64,000 bases of DNA, taken from assembly GCA_951406725.2 (NCBI GenBank), contig OX597828.1, positions 21,638,001-21,702,000 of the forward strand, given 5' to 3'. The notes under the pieces were generated by a model that saw only the letters and a list, made by a program, of their open reading frames with translations, made no database searches and was not told where the DNA came from. Both the position numbers and the translations under genes were made by a program. Positions within the stretch are counted from its first letter, which is position 1. Every line of letters starts with the position of its first letter. This document shows, piece by piece, positions 52,093-64,000 of the stretch. The stretch is from Octopus vulgaris. Taxonomy: Eukaryota.

Positions 52093-53092
52093 TATTATTA
52101 TTATTATTATTAGAATTATTATTGCTATTGTTGATGTTATTCTTCCTATTATTATTATTATTGTTATTATTGTTGTTGTTGTTGTTGCTGTTATTGTTAT
52201 TGTTGTTGTTATTATTTTCATTCTATATTTTTCGTCTCTTTATTTCCAGCCTCTCTTCGTTTTGGTACATCCTTCATTCCTATCCTGCCATCCTCTTCAC
52301 CTCCCCCTCTCTCTCTTTTTTTTCCTCTACCTTTTCTGTTTTCTTTCACTCATTCATTCTCTTCTTACGTGTCTTTTGTGTACAGCATAGATTGGTTTCC
52401 CATGGGTTGCCAGGAGATGCTAATTTTTGACTTTAGCTTCTTTTCAAACACTAACGTAACGAAACATCTGTCCTTATTAAGACAGACACAAACGTTATAT
52501 TTGCATCGATGAATTCGAGACAAGTCCGTTCTTTTGTGTAGAAGTGTTGACTTTTAATAGGTACACACGCACACACACACACACATATACACACATACAC
52601 ACACATACCCACATATATGTGCGTGTGCGCATGCGCGTGTATGTATGTATGTGAGTATCTGTGTATGTATAGACAATTCTTTATCAATTAATATTATTAT
52701 TTTGCTGTTGTTGTTGTGATTGCTATTATTGTTATCATCATAATCTTCATCCTCATCTTGCGTACCATAACGTACCATAACGGCCATCACCATCACTCTC
52801 AACACTCCCCTCTCCATCGTCATCATCATCGTCATTATCATCGTCATCATCATTAACATCATCATCGTCCTTGCCGTCCTCTTCTCTCCTACTCTTGAAT
52901 CACCATCACCTGTGGCATCACCGTCACCACCACCACGACCACCACCATTATTACCATCACAGTGGTCATGGTGATGATAATGAGCCCCATCATAGCCATA
53001 GCATTTTTTGTCATCGTCGTTTTCAGCACCCACCTCCGAGGTCCCCTTCTCATCATCATCAGCGTCATTTTTTGATAGTCATTATTATTATT

Positions 53093-53504
53093 GAATGAGA
53101 GAGCAGTGCATGTCATCAAAGTGACACTGTGGTAAAATATACGAAGCCCAATATACCCATCATGACTACCTGTCTGAGAAGGGTACACTAGGCACATGCA
53201 TCACAACCATATGTGCGTGACATGGTGATCTCATATCAAGATAAACTGCGCATGACCTCGTAGGTGGGGCCCAGTTAGAATTTTCTTCAGGTCGAGTAGC
53301 CCATCCCGCTCAAAAGATCCCTGAATAAGGTTTGTTTAAGGATGTTGAACAAAATACCCATGATTCCAAAGGTGAATTATTCAAACCCCAAAAGAATTTC
53401 TCTCAAAACATGGCTATGATGCTCCCCCCACTACTTCTGCTAATGATCAGAGATGCACATATCGTCAGCCACTAAGGGACATGTTCAACTGGTTAAGGTC
53501 AAAC
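53093..53504 (-). mobile_element. Second, truncated copy of the 555-bp (TAA)n-associated element
   Basis: Collinear with 20748-21160; the same end abuts (ATT)n. Confidence 0.85.
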
Positions 53505-53569
53505 TCGGTAAAACGTAAGTGAAAGAATTCTAACTGTTTCCTGCAATAAATACATCTAAAGGAAAAATT

Positions 53570-53689
53570 TGTCATGGACCCTTAATATACTATTGTGGGT
53601 CTATTGTGGGTTTACTATTTTGCTTACGTAAACCCCCAAAATCTTATATGGACCCCAGGAGTCATATAGTTTCCAGTTGAAAACCACAG
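53570..53689. mobile_element. hAT/Charlie-like MITE end
   Basis: ATGGACCCC repeats and terminal CCAGTTGAAAACCACAG resembling the GTTGAGAACCACTG TIR. Confidence 0.45.
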
Positions 53690-53783
53690 CTTATTTCATC
53701 ATTGTGACCTAACATCACCCCAATTACAGATTCGTATAATGGTAATTCTAGTGGTGCGACGCCCACTTACATAAGGCATACAC

Positions 53784-53786
<3 letters not shown>

Positions 53787-53814
<28 letters not shown>

Positions 53815-53995
53815 CATACATGCATACATACCTACATACACACATACACACACATACATACATACATACATACATACATACATACATACATACATACATA
53901 CATACATACATACATACATACATACATACATACATACATACATACATACATACATACATACATACATACATACATACATACATGCATGCATAATA
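53787..53995. repeat. (TACA)n microsatellite
   Basis: Read directly from the sequence. Confidence 0.95.
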
Positions 53996-54486
53996 CATAG
54001 AAGTATGTATTAGATGTTCAGGTTTGTACCTGTAATTATTGGAGCCATGAGATATGTAACATACTGCCTAAATACCAATCTTGAGAAATTAGGCTTCTCA
54101 GAACCAGAAAGGCGAAAGCTAATTCGAAGACTACAGATCCAATCCATCACTGGAACTGTAAAAATGTGTAAAACGTTCCAGAAGTTTATCATTTAAATAT
54201 ATATGAGCATGTCTAGATATGCAACTATATGCATCAGAATATATACATAAAACATACAAATCTGCACATACATACATACATACATACATACATACATACA
54301 TACATACATACATACATACATACATACATACATACATAAATACATACATACACATATACATACATACATAAATACATACGTACATACATATATACATACA
54401 TACATACTTACATACATATATACATACATAAATACATACATACATACATATATACATACATACATACATACTTGCATACAAACATA

Positions 54487-55420
<934 letters not shown>

Positions 55421-55673
55421 CATACATACATACATACATGCATACATGCATATATACATACATACATACATACATACATACATACATACATACATACATA
55501 CATGCATCCATCCATACGTACATCCATCCATCCATCCATCCATCCATACATGCATACATATCATGACTATTTCTTTGCTGATCGGAGAAACCGAATAATA
55601 AAAGTTTTGGACTTTTCTAAACAAAAGTTAGAACAGTAAATATGTAGCTATTTATGTCTGCAGTAGATGTCTA

Positions 55674-55676
<3 letters not shown>

Positions 55677-55751
<75 letters not shown>
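55677..55751. repeat. (GT)n microsatellite
   Basis: Read directly from the sequence. Confidence 0.95.
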
Positions 55752-55752
<1 letters not shown>

Positions 55753-56409
55753 TTGCGTTTACATCACGAAATCACTGACACATTACGCATAAATTAAGAA
55801 TTGGAAAAAAACGATTTTACTTTTACACATATCAATGTCTCCTTTCCTAAATTTGGTAAAAGTGGTATCTGCTCAATGTTCTAGAAATAACAACCAAATC
55901 CCTAAATCGCATTCAAGAGCAAAATACATCTACAATATTTCATAATGTAGACCGTACACAGTTGTTTCTGAAATCTAAAACAAAAGATTCAAAATGGAAT
56001 TTCTTTGTCCATAGCGGTGTTCTCTATTTGGTGGTAGCAGTAATAATGAGAGTGGTGGTGACAGTGGTGATAGCAATTGTGATAAGAGTAGGGTGATAGT
56101 GATGGCGATGAAAGTGGTGGTGGAGGTGGTAGTTGGGTAGCATTGGTCCTGTTGTTTAACCCTAGGCCGCATAGGTGGAAATTTTGTTGTCAGATTTCCA
56201 GTAATACTCTACACAAGCTTTACGGTTTTTCATGCTGGCTCCATTTATCGTATCTAATGGGTTTTATTCTAAAGGGAAGTGACAATTTTGACGATTACCA
56301 ACTATTAAAGTGTCTATACATATACTGGAACATTCTGTATGTACACACAAACGTGTGTGTGTGTGTGTTTGTAACCATGGCTACATAAATCCAAACATAA
56401 ATACAAATA

Positions 56410-56593
56410 TACGAGATAGTATCAAAAACTTCCCAGACTACTCTCTTTACTTACTTGTTTCAGTAATTTGACTGTGGCCATGCTGGAGCACCGCCTTTAG
56501 TCGAGCAAATCGACCCCAGGTCTTATTCTTCGTAAGCCTAGTACTTATTCTATCGGTTGCAAGCGATGTTGGGGGACAAATACAGACACACAA

Positions 56594-56628
<35 letters not shown>

Positions 56629-57225
56629 CGATGGGCGTCTGCCAAATTCACTCACGAGGATTTAGTCGGCCCGAGGCTATAGTAGAAGACAAGGTGCTAC
56701 GCAGTGGGACTGAACTCGGAACCATGTGGTTCGTAAGCAAGCTACTTACCACTCAGCCACTCCTACGCCTAGTAATTTTTTTACTCTTTTTAAAATAAAT
56801 TATTTACCTAAGTTTTTACATCATCATCTCCTTCGAAATAGTTAACTTTCGTAGCAATAGAGCGGTCCCAGCGTTCCTGCTACTTTTGGCATTCGGCCTG
56901 GAAGTCGTTTAACGTAAGCGAGTTGAGAACATTCTGCGATTCGCTTTGGATCTCGAAAATGGTGCTAAATCGGCCACCTTTGAGCTGCATTTTCCTCTTT
57001 CGAAGTCCCCAGGTGTTAAATCTGATGAATAGGTCGGGTGTGGAAGCGATAAAATGATGCTTTTGGCGTGAAACTCACAACTGAGCAGAACTCGGTGACA
57101 GGGTGCATTGTCGTCGTAAAGCATCTAATTCTTCGTACATCAACAGTTCCGGTCGCTTTCGCCGAATATCCTCCCTCAAACGTTTCAAAACGTCTCAGTA
57201 GAAATTTCGATCGACGATCTGGCCA
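56410..57225 (-). mobile_element. Mariner (DD34D) transposon relic, 3' part, with a SINE inserted next to the TIR
   Basis: TA plus TIR-like CGAGATAGTATCAAAAACTTCCCAGACTA. Peptides VLKRLREDIRRKRPEL, DDNAPCHR...LPHPTYSSDLTPGDF and QLKGGRFSTIFEIQ...QERWDRSIA...YFEGD. Confidence 0.9.
56441..56770 (-). mobile_element. SINE family A nested in the mariner
   Basis: Head CCACTCCTACGCCT in reverse; contains internal deletions. Confidence 0.9.
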
Positions 57226-57340
57226 CATTTCAACGTCGACATTGTACCTCTTAATGACCTTGCCGGCGAACAAAAGAAATGGTATTGCCATATTGCAAGA
57301 AACAGTGACCTCTTTACGACTATTTTTGAAGGAGTAGAGG

Positions 57341-57545
57341 TACTCTTTTACTCGTTTATTTATTTCAGTCATGTGACTGTGGCCATGCTGGAGCAGCGCC
57401 TTTAATTGACCAAATCGACCCAAGGACTACTTTGTAAGCCTAGTATTTATTCTATCGGTCTCTTTTGCCGAACCGCTAAGTTACGGGGACGTAAACACAC
57501 CAGCAACGGTTGTCAAGCGATGTTGGAGGAACAAACACAGACACA

Positions 57546-57636
<91 letters not shown>

Positions 57637-57803
57637 TTACGACGGGCTTTTTTCAGTTTCCCTCTACCAAATCCACTCACAAGGCATTGGTCGGCCCGAT
57701 GCTATAGTAGAAGACACTTGCCAAATTTGCCACGCAGTGGGACTGAACCTGGAACCATGTGTTTCGTAATCAAGCTACTTACCACACATACACACCTACG
57801 CCT
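57341..57803 (-). mobile_element. SINE family A, full length
   Basis: All segments present; internal (CA)n(TA)n. Confidence 0.9.
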
Positions 57804-58049
57804 AAAAATAGGCGTAGGAAATAAAGAGAAGTAGACAAAGGAAAAAATAAAGAAAGTAATAAGGGGCAGAATTGTCAATCAGTTTAAGGGCTACACATTC
57901 TCAAAGACCGGATTTCTTTTACATAATAGCAACAGATGAAGAACACTGGTGTAAGACTAGTGCCAAATGTCAAGATGGAACCCTAAAAATTCCTTCAGAT
58001 GCCGAGGGCCCGGGAAAGTAAATTGTTATAATTAGCAATATTAATTATC

Positions 58050-58566
58050 CATTTCTACTCTAGGTACAAGATCCGAAATGCTTGGGGAGGGGACCAGTCG
58101 ATTACCTCGACCCCGGTATGCAACTAGTACCAAATTTATAAACCCCAAAAGGATGAAGTGCGAAGTTGACCTCGGTGAAATTTGAACTCAGAAGGTAAAG
58201 ACAGACGAAATGCTGTTATGCATTTCGTCCGGCTTGCTACGTCTCTTATTTTTTACTACCCAGAAGGGGCTAAACACAGAGACACCGAAAGGATGAAAGG
58301 CAAAGTCGACCTTAGCGGTTAAAAGATATTTCTTATTTCTTTACTGCCCACAAGACGCTACACACAGAGGAGACAAACAAGGACAGACAAACGGATTAAG
58401 TCGATTATATCGACCCCAGTGCGTAACTGGTACTTATTTAACCGGCTCCGAAAGGATGAAAGGCAAAGTCGACCTCGGCGGAATTGAACTCAGAACGTAG
58501 CGGCAGACGAAATACTGCTAAGTATTGCGCCCGGCGTGCTAACGTTTTTGCCAGCTCGCCGCCTTA
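58050..58566 (-). mobile_element. SINE family B dimeric/composite form
   Basis: Same two-tail order as 2973-3356 plus an extra internal piece; perfect 16-bp TSD AGCAATATTAATTATC at 58034-58049 and 58567-58582. Confidence 0.9.
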
Positions 58567-58591
58567 AGCAATATTAATTATCACCCTCACC

Positions 58592-58814
58592 GTGGAGGCG
58601 CATGGCTTAGTCCTTAAGGCGTTGGACTCATCCTTGTAAGATTGTGGTTTCGAATCCTGGAACGGGTGAAGTGTTGTTTCCTTGAGCAAAGCACTTCATT
58701 TCACGTTTCTCCAGTCCACTCGGCTGGCAAAAAATGAGTAATCCTTCAGCAGACCGGAGTCCCATCCAAGGAGGGGTGTATACGCCAGAAAAACGAGGAA
58801 ACCGGCCCTTATGA
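58592..58814 (+). mobile_element. SINE family C
   Basis: Homologous to 1335-1555. Confidence 0.8.
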
Positions 58815-59212
58815 TACTTACGCAGAAATATGGGCTATCTAGCACCATTGCAATAGCGCCATCGTATAACAGCCGTCATCACCCCCACTATCAATATCAA
58901 CATCACCACTGCTACCACCACCATCACCATCCATCTCATCAACATGATTATTACCATTCTGTTGTTGTGGTAGTTGTGGTGGTGAGGGCGGCAGTAGTGG
59001 TTCCAGTAGATATTCTCGTGCTGTAATTTGAATTGAAGTAGCAGAACAGCTTCTGGAAAGAATTTGGCCTTAAGGATTATGCCTCGAGTAAGTTCGGTAA
59101 AGGAGAAATTTGTTTTCTATTCGGAATATATAGTTCCACGTAGGAAAATGCTGCTACACTGGAAACCAAAAAATCTCCAACCGAAACCTATACCACCACC
59201 AACACCACCACA

Positions 59213-59324
<112 letters not shown>

Positions 59325-59596
59325 GCCGAAGCAACACCATTACCATCATCGAATCGAAAAAGGCCGACATTGTTGTCGACATACTCCCCTTCCTCCTTCC
59401 CCACCTCCTCCTCCTCCTCCTCCTTCACGTCATTATCATCACTTTTTTACAGTTACGAGAAAATTACACAGATATAAATTGCAATGTGTGCGTGTGGCGT
59501 GTACGTGTGTGACTTTGTGTACGTCAATATATATATATATATATATACACACACATACATATATATATATATATACATATATACATATATACATAC

Positions 59597-59658
<62 letters not shown>

Positions 59659-60530
59659 ACTTTAGTTTAAAGAGCTTACTTGGGACTATGCATAGGAAAT
59701 GCAACCGCACACGCAAGTAAAAATATATGTATATATATATATATTATTCATATATATATATATTTATATATATATATGTATGTATATATATATGTGTGTT
59801 TGTGTCTGTATATATATATATATACATATACACATATATACATTCATTTATACAGGGGCTCGTACACAAATACGCCCACAAATACAAATTTACTTACACG
59901 CACTTATAACAAATGACAAAACGCGTCACCTCAACCACTCTTTTTATAAAGTAGCAATAAATGTTAATAATTACTCCATACTAATATCGAAATCTACTCG
60001 TTTTCAAGCTGTACAACCTTATAATTCAATTTCAAATTTTTCCCCATTTAATTCAAACTATAAAATACAAAAATGGCTGTTTCTGAAAATAATTACAATA
60101 TATTTTCGAGGACAAATTTTTATTGTATTTATTTCCTCCTCTAGTTTTCGCAAATTTATGTATTGTCGTAATTTTTTTTTCGTAAAAAATGGCGAAATAT
60201 TTACGCTCAACTTATATGTTTTTCCCGCACACACATGTATATATATATATATATAATTATAAATACGTATATGTATATCTATATCTATGTGTGTTGCGTG
60301 CGTGTATTTGTTTTGTGATAATTTGATTAGTGTGGAAGCATAATGTTACGTTTTAAAAGATGATATAAAAAGAATAATTTGGAAATTCATCATGTATAAA
60401 TGTACGTGTGTATGTGTGTGAACTTGTAGAAGTCCATTTATGTAATATACATTCATGTAAACACACGGACTCATAAACACACACATTCCTGTAAACATAC
60501 GGACTCATAAACTCACACACACGTACACAG

Positions 60531-60567
<37 letters not shown>

Positions 60568-60633
60568 CATAGGGGTGTGTTGCTATATGATAGTATATAT
60601 ATATATTTATATGCATCTATGTGTAAGTTTATG

Positions 60634-60680
<47 letters not shown>

Positions 60681-60802
60681 GTGTATATGTCTATGTGTAT
60701 ATATGTATATATATATATATGTATATATGTATATGTATATATATATATGCATATATATATATGTATATATACATATATATATATATTTATATATATATAT
60801 AC

Positions 60803-60831
60803 ATATCTATTTGCGTGTGTGTGTTTATGAA

Positions 60832-60881
<50 letters not shown>

Positions 60882-60904
60882 TTCATAAACACACACACGC
60901 AAAT

Positions 60905-60910
<6 letters not shown>
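60803..60910. repeat. Perfect 108-bp palindrome centred on (AT)20
   Basis: Arm ATATCTATTTGCGTGTGTGTGTTTATGAATATTT and its exact reverse complement. Confidence 0.92.
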
Positions 60911-60940
<30 letters not shown>

Positions 60941-61042
60941 TTATGTATACGTAAGTATATGTGCATATTTATATATATTTGTGTCTTCGTTTATCCTATA
61001 CACTACACATCGGCACGCACATACGGAAACACGCACACACTC

Positions 61043-61081
<39 letters not shown>

Positions 61082-61264
61082 TACACACACAATACAATAA
61101 CGATAAAATATATTCTAAAACAAAATTGGAAATGTAATTGAATAATAGAAAATATACAGACCAACTTGTTAAATATTTTTACATTTTGTTGTGTTTTTGT
61201 TTGTATACATTCAACTGTATTATTTTCGTATACATTCCCATATTTCTACATGGTATTTAATATT

Positions 61265-61826
<562 letters not shown>

Positions 61827-62943
61827 AGTGCCTTTCACCGAGAAGAATTTCTTAAAACCTCAGTAATATGGTATTCTTTCCTAAAGTGTTGAGTGTGTAA
61901 AAATATATCCTATTAATAAAATGAAAACCTAAAAAAAAATATTAAAAAAGAATCACGATGTTATAAAAAAATAGTTTAAATAACGGTTTATGTTATATTA
62001 AGCAATGGAACTATAACGATTAGAATTATAATTTCTTTTTTGGTTTTTAATTTTTATACGGGAATAAAGTTGGTTAAAACTTTGTGGTTTTTAAAGGCAC
62101 ATTAAATAATGATGTTTATATCTTTTTATATCTTTTTCAATATCATACAATATTTTCAAAGTGGATTGGAATTACTCGTAAACCAATATTATGATTGGAA
62201 TTTCGATTTCTTCGTCAAAGTACTAATTTGATGTGTAAGCTGTATTTTCTGCGGCAGTTGTATATCCTTGTACACAGGAAAGAAAAAAATATGGTGACGT
62301 CTCAATCTTCAAAGATGATTGCTCTTGTCTTTGTGTTTTCTCGTTCTCAATGACGTTTCTAACTTTCCGTCCATGACCTCTCAGATGACTATTTAGTCCC
62401 GTTGCTTTGTAATCGTGCGTCTGCGACTGGTTGGGTTTACAATGAAGCCATACTTCCATCGTCATAGGACATTCAGTAGACGAAATGATAGATTTCAAAT
62501 GATGGCTCCATAAAGAGCTAGCGGTATATCATACGGTTATGGTGAGAAACGCTTGTACACCACGAGTACCACTCGCTGACAGTTTGAGATTAGTGCTTAG
62601 TAATCACATGAGACTCCAGGTTTTACTTGGATGATGTGACAAAAAAGACATAGATACACGTACACAAATACACACATACAAAAACATGTAGACGTATGGC
62701 ACAGATTTCAAGGATGCTGGACAAGCAATTTTCCGTATCACGTGGTCCTGTTCTGTGACTCATTCGACACAATACTTGGTAGAACACTAAACTACATCAG
62801 AAAAGCAGAAACCTTAATAGTAGCGGAAGAAGTGGAATAGAGAGGATAAGATAATATTGGTTGCTAAAGAATTTTGATGAACAAATGGATTTTTGTCAGT
62901 CTGTCAGTCAGTCAGTGAGAAGTACATAGATACATAGATACAA

Positions 62944-62983
<40 letters not shown>

Positions 62984-62987
62984 TCTA

Positions 62988-63177
62988 TACTCTTTTAACC
63001 TTATATTTGTTGCAGTCATTTGATTGTAGCCATACCTAGAGCACCACCTTTAGTCGAGCAAATTGAGCAAATTGAGCCCAGGTCTTATTCTTTGTAAGCC
63101 TAGTACCTATTCTATCGGTCTCCTTTGCCGAACCGCTAAGTTACGGGGACGTAAATACACCAGCATCGGTCGTCAAG
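62988..63177 (-). mobile_element. SINE family A 3' half
   Basis: CAGTCATTTGATTGTAGCC...CACCAGCATCGGTCGTCAAG. Confidence 0.85.
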
Positions 63178-63330
63178 GAAAATAAGTCCATGTAGAATAT
63201 GCTAAAATAATTTTATAGAAACATACATATAAATACATATTTATATAGATATACATATATGCATAAATATATCTTTATATATATATATATGCATATATAT
63301 ATCTTTATACATATATGTACGTATGCATAC

Positions 63331-63398
<68 letters not shown>

Positions 63399-63401
<3 letters not shown>

Positions 63402-63615
63402 CGAAATACAGATTAGAAAAACAGTCGATATCTGACGAAGGGTCGTTCGTTATGTTGCCTATCTTGTTTTCCGTTTGTTTCTTTTGTTGCTACAAAAACG
63501 TTTATATTACATTTATTCGTATTTCGTATCTTAGGTTTATGTTTTTTATGTTTCTTTTTTATTCCGTAGCGTCCTGTGTTCACGTATGCATATGTATATA
63601 TGAAACGCATCTATA
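63399..63615 (+). repeat. Unclassified repeat remnant next to (TA)n
   Basis: Complex segment embedded in TA-rich repeats, containing CCCGAAA and CTGACGAAGGG. Confidence 0.35.
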
Positions 63616-63780
63616 ACATATTCATATCAAAATTATATATTGATATCACAAATATATATTATATGTGTATGTATACATACTTAGATGCATACATACATAC
63701 GCATGTATGTATATATTCATATACTATGCATATATATATACATATTCATAAAATGAATAAATATATATACATATAGACAA

Positions 63781-63818
<38 letters not shown>

Positions 63819-63848
63819 TATGATATATATGCATTTGTATACATATGC

Positions 63849-63894
<46 letters not shown>

Positions 63895-64000
63895 ATGTAT
63901 ATACATATATGTATATGTGTATGTATGTCTATATATGTGTATATACACATCCGCCCACACACATACACACTTACACACAGACACACAAACGCATTTACGC

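Noticed and set aside
62223-62498. 91-aa minus-strand ORF in unique sequence
   Set aside because: It has a non-ATG start, a stop about 10 codons upstream, no recognisable motif and no clear splice sites.

Overview
This is AT-rich eukaryotic non-coding DNA, saturated with microsatellites and interspersed repeats. The SINE repertoire and microsatellite load look like an octopod cephalopod (Octopus-like) genome; that is my inference from recalled repeat families, not from a search. I found no intact protein-coding gene, rRNA, true tRNA or CRISPR array, and nearly all ORFs in the track are translated microsatellites. Supported content: (i) about 30 copies or fragments of at least five tRNA-headed SINE families, here called A to E, several with clear target-site duplications; (ii) decayed mariner (DD34D) and maT-like (DD37D) transposase relics; (iii) R4/Dong-like and RTE-like LINE fragments; (iv) Penelope-like (GIY-YIG) fragments; (v) a Helentron/HINE-like fragment. 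Best leads: a well-formed type I hammerhead ribozyme in a (TA)n-embedded element (835-892); an RLE-type retrotransposon 3' end whose terminal ~110-bp module is stacked four times in (TACA)n tracts (54010-55420); a 555-bp headless element sitting in (TAA)n (20748-21303, second copy 53093-53504); a near-perfect T-shaped three-way hairpin beside promoter-like motif repeats (33120-33348); a SINE insertion site reused with nested TSDs (47329-48180); a perfect 108-bp palindrome (60803-60910); and one candidate Cys-rich cassette exon (7561-7725).
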